From contig CDRNST010000114.1 in the NCBI GenBank assembly GCA_977016875.1, forward strand, positions 310,001 through 374,000: a stretch of DNA of 64,000 nt, in the 5' to 3' direction. Positions 1 through 10,737 of the stretch are shown piece by piece. The position numbers and the translations under genes are program-made. The stretch's first letter is position 1; each line of letters starts with the position of its first letter. Source of the stretch: Pavona decussata. Taxonomy: Eukaryota. The notes beneath the pieces are model-generated. The model worked only from the letters and a program-made list of their open reading frames with translations, ran no database searches and had not been told where the DNA came from.

Positions 1-2379
1 TCGCTTTGGCAAGGCATTTTCTCCACCTGCTGATCGTCCCCCAAACACTTGTGGGATGACTGGTAGTTGACTAGTTTGAACAGCGATTTTAACAGCACGA
101 GAGTTCTCGGTAGCGACTTTCGCTGATGAAGTTCTTGTTGAAGCAGTAGTTTGGGTGGTAACCCCTGAGACAGCAGTGCCGACCAAAAGTTGTTTTATTT
201 GTGGAGAATCGTTTTTGGGACAAACCCTTCGCTGCCAGGAATCAATGATTCGCACTACTTGCTTGACGGCATCAACTTCGTCAATTTCGTCACTTTCCTC
301 TAGGTCACTACTGTAAAGCGGCGAGCTGGAGCAAGGCTGCGTGACTGGCAAAGCACTGTTTTGCTGCGCCATTTGATTTACAGGACGTCGATGATGAGGT
401 TTAAAGTTCTCTATTTTTTTCCCTAAACTGGGATCACAGTATCTCCATCCATGGCTCTCTTTCGCATCCTGGCTTTGTGGATGTGGCACCATCTGAACAC
501 ATGTTCTAGCTTGCGGCGTCAGTTTTCTAATCGTCACCTTAGGAATCGTACCATTGTAATTCCTCCTGGTGTTGGCAGCATCCGATCTTCTGTTGGCCAA
601 AACATCAGTGGTTAGTGGGGAGGATTCTTTGCTTGAAGCTTGTTGGCTTGCGATGTACTTCAATAACATAAGTTTATTTTGAATTCTTCTTTCGTCCTCC
701 GGTGTATTGTAACTACTGTTACTGCCATCACTTTCAGCATTGACAGTTTCTTTGCTTAGGTTACTTTGATGTCCATTACGTTTCTGTGCTGTGGTGTTTA
801 TATGCTGTTCACTATGAACATCCACAGCTTTACTCCTTTGATATCTGGCCCAAGCATTTCTGGTTGAACTGTTCAATGTCACATTCCCAGTTTTGGGACC
901 ATACGGCGCTTTCGTCTTTGCTGCAGTTGAAGTTTGAAGTGTGTTGTTAGCAACCAGGTGGTGCCTAGGGTTTCTATTCGTCATTGAATGCGGGTCAGGA
1001 TACTGCTGACCAACACGCGCCCTTTGTAGCAGAACAATTGAACTTGGCAATTGTCTGTGTTCGAGTTCATCTGTTTTCGCTTCATTCATCTTCTTTTGCA
1101 GACGCTGTCGCTCTGAGATTAGGGCATCATCACTTGCCACCCGAATGCCACCGTTTATGCCTTGATGTGCAGGGTAGACCTTATTAGCATTCAGCATTGC
1201 CCTGTTTCTCTTGTCTTGTTGTAATCTGGTAATTTTACCAGAAACCTGACGCAGATTAGAATTTGCAGGCAAAGGCTCTCCAGGTTTTCTTGTATCTGCA
1301 TTAAGCGTTTGCACAAAATTGCTCCGTACTGGGGTTATAGTCACGGGAGCCTTTGAAGAGGAATACAAAGCCACCCTTTCCTGACTGGAAGGGGAACCTG
1401 CATCGCCAATTTTTGACGTCGTGTTCGCCCTTTTTGGAAGTTTGGCTAAAATCGATGATTTTCCATTACCATCGGTATGAACCAAGAATGATTCTCCTTT
1501 GTACTCGCAACACCGCACAGAAAAAACCTTATCGTTCACCACGAGAAACATGTCCTTTTGGCCATCTTTTTGCTTGAAAGTAAATAATAGCGGACAATTT
1601 TGTGTTTGCGTTGATGAGGTGGTCGGAGAATTAATCGAGGCCGGATTTGTATTTGATGCCGTACTGGCATTCACGTCAAATATGGTGATATCTTTATGTC
1701 TTTTTAAAGGGCTGTTCATTTGTTTGCCCTGATCAAGTTTTTCAAGTGGCGGTTGGGGGGAATGAGATTGTTTTTTCGCTGAAGTTAAAGTGGGCAATCG
1801 TGATGAAAGCGATTCCACACCGACAACTTTAGGATAGAAATTGTGATCAATTGCTAAACCATTGGTTGTTCCAGTGTCTGGACTCTGTACTTTCCTGAGC
1901 ATTGCCAGCTTTTGGTCAATCTGAATTTGGCCCGGACTTGAAAGCACCGATATTTCCCTCTTGCGACCATGAGCAGAAGTGCGTAACGGTTGAGTGTTTC
2001 CATACTTAAGTAGCACTTCGTTCATTTCTATGTCATCCAGCACCAGTATTCTATCAGCTTGAGCCGACTGAGTCATCGTTGCACTCTCAAAGCACGATTT
2101 CCCCTGAAATGGCCAGGGAGTCTCTTCGCAACGGTTGTTGTCTAACGAATCAATGACTTCACTGACAATGTTGTGCATGCTTGCTTCACTCTGAATAAAA
2201 AGGTGTTCGTCATTCCCATTAAAGGAAAGGACATCGCTGTCTTGCTTCATGCGTTTTGAGTTGGACGTGGTTATCTCTTCCCGGTTGTCAAACGAGTGAC
2301 GTTTGATGGAACCAGGCAGCGTGAATGATGTAAACATAGGCATGCCTCTTTCGTGGTCACCAGTGTTCCTTGGAGCCAT
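1..2379 (-). CDS. Paralog A: large mostly disordered orphan protein, main coding exon, truncated by the left window edge (MAPRNTGDHERGMP...GENALPKR)
   Basis: Manual translation from ATG at 2379 is open for 793 codons to position 1 (no stop, hence absent from the ORF track). It is colinear with ORF 32759-36754 (DEHLFIQSE, FYPKVVGV, LLFTFKQKDGQ.DMFLVVNDKVFSVR, RNPRHHL.AN, EDERRIQ, IDSWQRR, DSPQIK.LLVGT). Acceptor ttattaacAG ends at 2385. Confidence 0.9.
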   Translation of the reverse strand, partial: MAPRNTGDHERGMPMFTSFTLPGSIKRHSFDNREEITTSNSKRMKQDSDVLSFNGNDEHLFIQSEASMHNIVSEVIDSLDNNRCEETPWPFQGKSCFESATMTQSAQADRILVLDDIEMNEVLLKYGNTQPLRTSAHGRKREISVLSSPGQIQIDQKLAMLRKVQSPDTGTTNGLAIDHNFYPKVVGVESLSSRLPTLTSAKKQSHSPQPPLEKLDQGKQMNSPLKRHKDITIFDVNASTASNTNPASINSPTTSSTQTQNCPLLFTFKQKDGQKDMFLVVNDKVFSVRCCEYKGESFLVHTDGNGKSSILAKLPKRANTTSKIGDAGSPSSQERVALYSSSKAPVTITPVRSNFVQTLNADTRKPGEPLPANSNLRQVSGKITRLQQDKRNRAMLNANKVYPAHQGINGGIRVASDDALISERQRLQKKMNEAKTDELEHRQLPSSIVLLQRARVGQQYPDPHSMTNRNPRHHLVANNTLQTSTAAKTKAPYGPKTGNVTLNSSTRNAWARYQRSKAVDVHSEQHINTTAQKRNGHQSNLSKETVNAESDGSNSSYNTPEDERRIQNKLMLLKYIASQQASSKESSPLTTDVLANRRSDAANTRRNYNGTIPKVTIRKLTPQARTCVQMVPHPQSQDAKESHGWRYCDPSLGKKIENFKPHHRRPVNQMAQQNSALPVTQPCSSSPLYSSDLEESDEIDEVDAVKQVVRIIDSWQRRVCPKNDSPQIKQLLVGTAVSGVTTQTTASTRTSSAKVATENSRAVKIAVQTSQLPVIPQVFGGRSAGGENALPKR

Positions 2380-4209
2380 CTACACTGTTAATAAAATAAT
2401 GAATATCACTTTATCTATCCGTCAAAAATCTTCGAGACATAAAAGATCTTTCAAAAACTCATTAATAATCCATAAGCCCATTGACCTATCAAATGGTCGA
2501 TAAAACATCACGTGCAGTGGTTTTATATCCGATAAAACCTCTTCCTTTTTAGTATGCGGTGTTTAATGTTTTTCTCGTATGCTAATTTCCAACTTTCACA
2601 AAAGCATTATAATTGTTATGAACTCTCTTCACACACGCTTTTCCAGGAATGTTTTTAAAGTCGTTCAAAAAACTCCCAGCGCATGTTTTATCGGGTCTAA
2701 AAATTTCGGCTGCGCCTCGATACAACACTGCTGCTCGTGTTTTAAACATTTTCTGAAACTTTATTATTTTTAAGAAGATTACGACATTTTTTTTATTTGT
2801 GCTGCTCGGTACTAATGCTCATGTGTTATAAATGGTACAAATATCTGTTCTGCTCTCAAACGAACTTTGTGTAATTTATGTATCTTCTTCCTTATTCTTG
2901 TTATTTACCACAATAACAATTGTAGTAAGGGGCGCAAAATTATTTAATCTAGATGTGCCCCCCTCCTAGGCTCCTACTCCTGCTCTTTAGTGATATATTC
3001 ATTTACAAACTTATTGTTAACATAATGTAACTATGTGCTAAGTGTGGAGGAAATAAAAAAAAATACTCAAAAACAATGAAAAAAACTGTTCAAAGGTATT
3101 TCGTATAACTCAATTTATATTTCAGACTCACTTTCGACTTCTCTTCTTGCTGTTTGTTTCTTTGTGCTAAAGGGCGGAAGGACATAAAGTGTGAGGTGCT
3201 ACACGAGTTATTTGGTTCGTTTTATTTAAATAGGATACTGGTTTTACTTTGAAGACCTTCCTGTTGTTATTGGACTGTTTGTTTCCACACCACTGTTCAC
3301 ATTTAATTATTCATTAATTAATCTTATTGTTCACGCTGAGTAAATCGCTAGTTCGTCTCTTCTTGGAATGGCATAATCTCTCAAAACTGTAATGGGCGAA
3401 AACTATCCTTTTTCTGAGATTTATTTTCAGTCAGTTAGACATGCATACTCGAAAAAAGGTATTCTGAGTATGCCTGGGTCATTGACTGAAAAAAATACCT
3501 CTAGAATTTATTCACCAAGCTTAAAACATAGCATCCCATTTCTTTCACATATTCTTTAACAGTCTCTTTTTTTTTGGGGGGGGGGGGAGGGGTGTCAAAT
3601 TTCACTAATTCTAATTTGAAACTGTACTGAAAACATTGCACCGGCCACCGCGACAAAATCAAAGTACCCGATCCTGTAGTAAAGGATCTAATGAGCAACA
3701 AATTGTAGGACAAATAATCTAAAAAAAGAGCAAGGCTGATTTCTCTGTCAAGGAAATATATTTTTCCTGTTTGCAAGGACCAATGCGTCAAAATAATAAT
3801 AACGGATCCAGTAGTTAAGGATATACTCAGCAACAAATTGGCTATTTATCTCAAGTGATCCGATAATTACTCTAATTACGACGCGCTTGCGATTATTTTA
3901 TACACAGGTTGTCCACAAGGTATTTTAGTAAGACAGTGGCGTTGAATAGGTTGTCAATATCTTTCTTGTTATGCCTTTCTATTTTAATACGCCTGATGAT
4001 AATTGTGGGTTGTATCGCATTTGGGGCGCATTTGGAATACGTCAGGGGCGTCCAACGAGAACTTTTGAAGCAAAATTCTTAAAATGTCGTCTCCTGTGTT
4101 CCCAGATCGTTTTGTCATATTTATAGCGTGTTTGTGCAACCTAATACAGGTTTATACAGTTTATCTGTTCGGTTGCTTCAGCTGGAAATTTAAGCTGCAT
4201 GCATGCAGC

Positions 4210-4440
4210 AATAGGCCATTTTACAGTTGTGTGTTTAGTGACCTGGCCTTGGATTGGAAGCGAGGCTGGGGGTGATACAGACCTCACTGCTTTTCATATG
4301 TAAATGCAAACTAGTTAGCATAAGAACAGCATGATCTGCATATGAAAAGCAGTGAGGTTTGTATCAAAACAAGGTCACCCCCAGCCTCACTTCCAATTCA
4401 ACGCCAGGTCACTAAGCACACAACTGTAAGATGGCCTATT
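4210..4440. mobile_element. Palindromic MITE (AATAGGCCAT...ATGGCCTATT), PIF/Harbinger-like
   Basis: Long imperfect inverted repeat over most of its length; a related copy lies at ~62890-63145. Confidence 0.8.
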
Positions 4441-4986
4441 GTAAGTCAGTTAGGAAACAGAATTTTACTCCCGATCGAGGTGTTGTTGGTTTTATGAAAA
4501 TGTTTGCTTGGCATTTTTTGCACTGAGTTTTAATAACATACCGTATTTGTCACTTCGAAAACGAAATGAACTGGCTTTCCAGAGTTTAGAAATATCGAGA
4601 TGGCATTTTGCCGAAGAAAAATTGTAGCTTTTCCTTACTACGGTAAATGCCAAATTCTGAGGCGATTTAAAGTCATACGAACAGATATTCACCAAGGTAA
4701 GGCGTTCTGTGTCTTGAAATGTCAATAAAGACAGGTCCTTTGAGATGTACAGAGTGTCTTTCATTTCCGTCCAAGAAGGAATGACCTGTACAGTCCTGAT
4801 CCTGGGATTATAAAATAAATAGCTTTTTGATTGGTTAGTCTTTTTTGTATAATAAAAATTGACCGCAATTTCGATCCGCATGTTAATTGATCCATTGAAT
4901 TTGTTGGCATAAATAGAACTTGCGTAGACTTGAGTTATAGAAGCTGATTTTGAAAATCTTAGCGATTTATCCACAACTAAGCACTC

Positions 4987-5237
4987 ATGGCACCAAAAGT
5001 ACCTGCCGCAAAAAGGGCGAGAATAGAGCAGGCGACGCTAAGTCGGGTGTGGCTGATGGCTCGGGCAAGAAGACGAAGCGAGGAAAGAGAAAGGAAAGCT
5101 ATGCGATCTACATCTACAAGGTGTCGAAACAGGTTCACCCTGACACGGAAATCTCCAGCAAAGCCATGGGTATTATGAACTCGTTCGTCAACGTGTGAAA
5201 TGCCAAAACAACAACAACAACGGCTCTTTTAGGAGCC
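4987..5237 (+). pseudogene. H2B: Histone H2B pseudogene: frameshift after MAPKVPAAK, truncated after ...[11 protein letters not shown], joined to a histone 3' stem-loop
   Basis: [36 protein letters not shown] is the H2B core start. Stem-loop GGCTCTTTTAGGAGCC at 5222-5237 is followed by ACCA. Confidence 0.9.
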
Positions 5238-5392
5238 ACCAAATCTCATGAAAACAATACCCAACACTGGTCACAATGTCGTGTAAGTATTAAATAAAAC
5301 GTTTATGTGAAGACACAAATAACAACAGTTTTCAAAAGTTTCAGTTTAATGCAACCAGCTCATTATAAATTCTAAATAAAGTTCCAATAGAC

Positions 5393-5772
5393 AAATTTTC
5401 TTCTCCGGTATGGGTAACCAGTCAATTCGCCCATGCACTTGCCAACTCATCCATAACAAACTTTCACGCGCTCAAAATGTAACTTTCAAGAGATTTTCGT
5501 AGAATGGACACAAAAATAACAAACAAAAAGCAAAATGTGACTCTAGAATTTGCTACAAAGTTCCTAAAAACCAAATTTCTCTTCTGTGATTTACATGAGT
5601 AACGAGTCATTTCACCCATGTTCATGCAACCTCATCCACAACAAACTTTCACGCGCTGAAAATGTGACTTTCAAGAGATTTTCGTAGAAGAGACACAAGA
5701 AAAAAAAAAAAAAAAAGCCAAGCGTGACTCTATAAAATTGATACTAAGTTCCTATAAACAAATTTTCTTCTG
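5393..5772. repeat. ~185-bp tandem duplication in the spacer between H2B and H1
   Basis: ACAAACTTTCACGCGCT.AAAATGT.ACTTTCAAGAGATTTTCGTAGAA occurs at ~5456 and ~5641. Confidence 0.75.
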
Positions 5773-5903
5773 AGAATGATGTATCATTCAGTAATGACAC
5801 ATGCGAACTCGGAAAAAGAAATTTCGATACCTTCCGATTACTAGTTCGGATGCTCTACCACTGAGCTACAGGAGACTCGTGGGAGCTAAGGCCATTAAAC
5901 TAG
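5773..5903 (-). mobile_element. tRNA-derived SINE-like fragment
   Basis: Minus strand reads CTGTAGCTCAGTGGTAGAGCATCCGAACTAG (A-box-like); flanked by direct repeat CTTCTG (5767-5772 / 5904-5909). Confidence 0.6.
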
Positions 5904-5999
5904 CTTCTGTGATTTACATGGGAATTACATGGGATTTACAAACGAGAATTATAATGTTTCAGGTCATTTTCGCTTGGCCATTGCTTTTATTTATTTGGT

Positions 6000-6579
6000 G
6001 GCTCCTAAAGGAGCCGTTTGTTTTGTTAAACTGAGGTTTGCTAGCATTCTTGACCTTCTTTGACGCCGGTTTTCTAACGGTGGCTTTAGTTTCCTTCGTC
6101 CTCTTAACTAAGGGCTTCTTGACTTTACTGTTTTTGGTGGCTGTAGTGGTCTACTTCGTGCTGGATTTCTTCTCTTTCTCTGCAGGTTTAGCCGCTTTCT
6201 TTTCCTTCGCAGGAACTCTCTTATTCGCTGCTTTTTCGCCTTCTTTACCGACTCAGCGGCGGGCTTTTTCTTTGCCGGGAGTGCTTTCTTCGCTGTTTTC
6301 TTGTCCACGTTCTTGTTGACCTTGAAGGATCCCATAGCTCTCACGCCTTTTGTGTGAGCGAATTGACCGTTTGCCTCGCCTCATTTAAGAGCTAATTTGA
6401 TGTGCTGCCGTGCTGTCTCCCACTTTGAAGTTTTCCTTGATGTACTTTTTGATGGCTTGCAACGAGGAGTCATTTCGCTTCTTCTCGGTGACAAGTGCGG
6501 CTTTCACCATTTCCGCAAATTTCGGGTGGTCGGCAGGCTTTTTAGCCCCTGTTTTCTTGGCTTTGTCTTTGTCCGACAT
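6000..6579 (-). pseudogene. H1: Replication-dependent histone H1 pseudogene (frameshifted) with 3' stem-loop
   Basis: Globular-domain motifs HPKFAEMVKAAL...SSLQAIKKYIKENFKV and KGVRAMGSFKV are split across frames; Lys/Ala/Pro-rich tail; GGCTCCTTTAGGAGCC(ACCA) at 6015-6000. Confidence 0.9.
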
Positions 6580-7108
6580 TTTCTCAAGTTTTCGTTATTT
6601 CAAGTTCAACGATCGCTCTCACGAAACGTCATTCCATTACCGTGAAAAGTTTTCATTTCAACAAGCGGACCGCAGAGGGATCAAGATTTAACTTTCAAAC
6701 TCTATTCACGCTTTGTTCCGACGTCGTTTGTGCTTGTTTGCCAGGATCAACGCCATCTAATTTTTCTAGTTTTATTACACTTAGCATCCATTTCTTCGAT
6801 GGTTTTGTGTATGTAGATAACAGAGAGATTTAGAATCGCGTTTACTCTATGAGACGTGTACTGCAGCCCAATGCAATGCGAAAGGAAACGTTTGAAAACA
6901 TTTTCACATCAGACTTAACTATGGTACCTTTTGTACTTAAGGAAGGAAGTCCTAACTTTTCTTTCAACTGTTATCAAGCCCGCGAAGAACATGCGAAAGC
7001 ACGAAGGAAAGCAAAGCACTGTCAAGGCTTCAGCTTTCTTTATCTAGTTATAGCTGCACTTAGCGTGATCACTCGAACACTCGCTAAATCATTCGAATAT
7101 CAACGAAT

Positions 7109-7174
7109 ACGTCAGGACGCGGTAAAGGAGGTAAAGGACTAGGCAAAGGTGGGGCTAAGCGTCACCGAAAAATT
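7109..7174 (+). pseudogene. H4: Histone H4 5' fragment with ATG mutated to ACG
   Basis: ACG TCA GGA CGC GGT AAA GGA GGT AAA GGA CTA GGC AAA GGT GGG GCT AAG CGT CAC CGA AAA ATT = (T)[21 protein letters not shown], followed by unrelated sequence. Confidence 0.9.
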
Positions 7175-7521
7175 CGGACGTTCGACACAGACTTCAGAAA
7201 GGTTCTGTGTCAAGCCTTCCTCTCCTCTTCTTCTCCTCCTCCTCCCTCTCCTCCCTCTCCACTCCCCCAAATAAATATTAATCAAACCGCACACATGTAC
7301 AATATCAAGCAAACCGTACAAACATATAAATCGAACTTTGGACAGCTGGTCAGCGGTTAAAAATGGGCTTGATCGACTTGGTCGAGGCTTGGGCATGACT
7401 TGGGCGGGTCTTGCCCCGCCCTGGTACAACTTTAGCATACAGGAGTTCACCTGATACAGCTTTGAGCAGGAATACTGTCCTAGTTGTTATGGTGCAGTTT
7501 GCACAATGGCCGAGAGCTCTC

Positions 7522-7914
7522 CAGGTAAATTGTCTTTCCGGCCACTAGCGTGATGTGGATCAGTGTTACAAAAATATGTCGGTGAGAAACCAACTCATTG
7601 ACTCCTCACTGACTACAAATTGGGGCAATTCTTTCGCTCTTTGCGAGACTTATTAGAGCTTTCACTTGACGCAAACTTGTCTGCTGTTTGCTGAATTCCT
7701 TTCCGGGCGACTTGATGGTTTCGAAAGAACTCTGAACATTTTGTCTTCAAGACTACGCGTTTCCTATCCAACTGAAGTGCAACAGCTTGAGTTTCTGACC
7801 TTGATACGAGCGAAAAAATTGCCCCAATTTGTGGTCAGTAAGTTGGTTTCTCACCGACATATTTTTGCAACATAGATCCACATAACACAAGTGACCGTAA
7901 GGACAATTTACCTG
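7522..7914. mobile_element. MITE with ~110-bp terminal inverted repeats
   Basis: CAGGTAAATTGTC...AAAAATATGTCGGTGAGAAACCAACT...ACAAATTGGGGCAATT is mirrored at 7815-7914. Confidence 0.8.
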
Positions 7915-8859
7915 AAGAACGCTTGGCCATTGGGCAAAGGGTAATTTTAGTTCCGACTGACTGGAACGTAACGGTAAAAGTGGAGTGCCTTCAAACATCG
8001 TCCGTTTGGTGTAGAAAATTTTCTTTTGATCCGAACGACTTTATTTGCATTTACACCGGCTGAACCAAAAAAATTTGGCTAAACGGAAAGCACCTCGCAT
8101 CAGTCCATTGTTAACCGGGACAAAGCCTGAGGTTTGGGACAAGTTGCCAACAAAAAATAAACATAAAAAAATGAATAAATAAGGGGAATCAATCAATAAC
8201 AATAAGTAAATAAAGCTTTGCTTTCCGGTAGACTGGTATTGTGTACCGTTAAGCCCTCTGAAAGATTTATTGAAATGACCTTTGACTCTTTTCTCGCCAG
8301 CATGAAATGAAAGAAACCCGAGAAACATTTTAGGTGTATGTTCCGACAAAACTTATCGCGTTGACAACAAATCTGCACAAACCCATACAGTCTAATGTCT
8401 ATGCCTTTACTATTTGAAGGATCTTTGTACAAAATGTATCAAATATCAACGGTGATTTGACATATCGATGACAATCGATAGGAATCGTCATATTTTATCA
8501 TGCTAGGCAAAAATAGTGCTTATGACGTTCACGATAAAGTCATTGCCTAATCATCTGGGTGACCTCAAGCTATGTGTCACAACTTGTATTGTTGAGGGGG
8601 TTTAACGCGACGTGCAATCGGCGACAATTGTATAGCAGTTTAAGGTTGGGTGCTACATCATCCAGATTTTTATTTTTAGAGCGGAAAGGAAAGAAGACAA
8701 TCTGATCGTTTCCACATCGATTATCGGACTCGAGCAATGACAGTGAGAACGCAGGATCCAAACCATTGACTATAATGGATTCGACGATGACAAAAAAAAA
8801 ACAATTTAATGTCAATACTTGTGACAAGTATTGTTCTTGACTGGATATTGCAAGAATCA

Positions 8860-9160
8860 TAGGATGCTCATCGGAAATTTTGAATTAGACCCAAGTGTGG
8901 CCCAAGTTGTTTTTTTTTTTTAACCCCTAAAAGAGACCATTTTAAAACACAGACAAATAAAAAATACAGTGAGTTTTCGCGTGAAACCCTAAACGAAACC
9001 TTCCCGGCTAAATGAAATGGCGTTTTGCCCAGAACACCCTAAGTACTGTGAGACCAATATCCGAAATTTACACCTTTAAGCGAGACGACAAGCATCCCGC
9101 CCCTTTCATATGAGAGTTCCCCCCCGCCCCCACTCCCGCCCCCTCCCCCGCCCCCCGGAT
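8860..9160. repeat. Interspersed repeat ending in C-rich tracts
   Basis: GGATGCTC.TCGGAAATTTTGAATT ... AAGCGAGACGAC.AGCATCCC...CCCTTTCATATG resembles a common coral repeat (recognition only). Confidence 0.45.
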
Positions 9161-9280
9161 TTATCGTTCCCAACCAAATCCCGGTTTCTTTATTAATGGT
9201 ATTTCTTCAGCTGGCCTTAATCAAAATTGTGATAATTAACAATCGAATAATTGTATCAGCCATATCAAAGAACTACTTAC

Positions 9281-9460
9281 CGTGGCCTTTTGCTGCTCCT
9301 TCAACAATTGTGGAATTCCTTTCGGCTGTTCCGTCCGCTGAATGTTTTTGCATAGAATAACCTCAGCAAATGCCGGGAAATATTACACGCGGTAAAGGTC
9401 TTGTTTTAAAGAAAAGTGTTACCTAGTCACTGCCTAGTCTTCAAGACCTTGATCTCACTT
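9281..9460 (-). other. Exon 1 (5' leader) of paralog A
   Basis: Donor CACG|GTAAGT at 9281/9280; homologous to 29025-29349, which has the same CACG|GTAAGT donor. The 5' end is estimated from the TATA position. Confidence 0.7.
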
Positions 9461-9490
9461 AAAAAAGGCGACGCGTGTCATGGAAAATAA

Positions 9491-9545
9491 ATTTATAATA
9501 TCATCTTAGCTGCCAGTAACACATGTGACAACTAGTTATTGTTTA
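9491..9545 (-). promoter_or_regulatory. Core promoter of paralog A: CACATGTG E-box and TATAAAT
   Basis: TAGTTGTCACATGTGTTA, then 22 nt, then TATAAAT; identical motif and spacing at 28955-28998. Confidence 0.65.
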
Positions 9546-10657
9546 CTCGTGCAAGTCTCGTGTAAGACGTCATTACTGAACACGTCCTGTTCAAGTGTAT
9601 CCATTTTATTTTCATCCTCAAACAGAGGAAGGTTAAATAACGAAACCGACTCTCCGAAATAATGTTAGCTTGCGAAACCAGAGGGCGTGTAAAGAAAAAA
9701 AACATGCCGTAAGCGGCAAGCATGGAACTTTCGATCGGACTTTAGACTGGAACATCGGATGTTGGATGTGCCGGTCGAGGCTTGGCTGATCACTACATGA
9801 TCATGTTTTTTTTTTGTTTGTCTGTCTGTTTGTTTGGTTTTTTTTTTTTTTTTTTTTTTGGTTTTTTTATAATTACAAAGGTATTCTATAGGGGAAGAGT
9901 TCATTTGTCAGTTAATAGTAAACAAGACAGTAACTTGAAATAAGAGAAGAAGGAATTTTAGAAGTCTTCGCTTCGTAATCGCTTAAACTGAAGAAGGTTA
10001 AGAAAAAAAAACAGAAAAGACTGAACGTTTCTTCAATAAGCGCTCAAGTTGCGTTCCTCGTAACTGCGATAGTCTCCCCTTTATTCATTCTTTTACTTCC
10101 ATGTCTTCTCCTCTTCGGGTCTATGATTATATTATTATAACCGGATTAGTGTCACAGTTTTATACCGGTATCGTAAAGGTCATAGCTTTCCGAAATCCTG
10201 TTCGAGCTTATATTTTTTAGGCTTTCTTTTCACAGCTGCTTGAGTTGCATAAGTACAGGACTGCGATGGTGTCCCATTTATTGATTCTTTCATCCGCAGT
10301 CCCAAAAATCTTATAAAATATTTCAAGTCCAAACAAACAAACAAACATTTTCGAGGAGAAGAGCGAACATTGTATAAATAAAACAAATTATCACAACGGT
10401 GCGTTTTATGTACAGTACATGCAAGAGCAAATGCCAGCAAAACTGCGGAGTTCAAACTCATTCTTTTATATACTTGATTTTTATGAGCTAACGGTATTTG
10501 TTACTTATCACGGCTTTCAATTGATAAATTGAGAGAATTTTGAGTGAAATACTTTTCTACAGTTGCATGCAAAACTAAAAACCAAGTTCGCCTTGATGTT
10601 AATCAGCACAATACGTGACCTCCGAGACTCTCTTTTATCAGTGAAAAATGTTATGGA

Positions 10658-10737
10658 TAGTCTGAAATGTCGTCCGTCTCCTCCCCCCACCCCCACCCCG
10701 TGAGTGAGGGGGAGGAGACGGCTGACATTTCAGACTA
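10658..10737. mobile_element. 80-bp palindromic micro-element (TAGTCTGAAATG...CATTTCAGACTA); copies at 13345-13422 and 39882-39970
   Basis: Hairpin with degenerate 8-9-bp direct flanks (tgttatgga/tgctaggga; ctcgataa/ctcaataa at 39874/39971). Confidence 0.75.

Noticed and set aside
1353-1577. ORF similar to 33597-33845 (EVWLKSMIFHY...QKKPYRSPRETC)
   Set aside because: Antisense shadow of the conserved 52-aa block in paralogs A and B, not an independent gene.
4492-4974. 160-aa minus-strand ORF next to H2B
   Set aside because: No recognisable motif, AT-driven composition, and no splice or paralog support.
9118-9157. C-rich tract (possible G-quadruplex on the sense strand of intron A)
   Set aside because: It is the terminus of an interspersed repeat and has no counterpart in paralog B.
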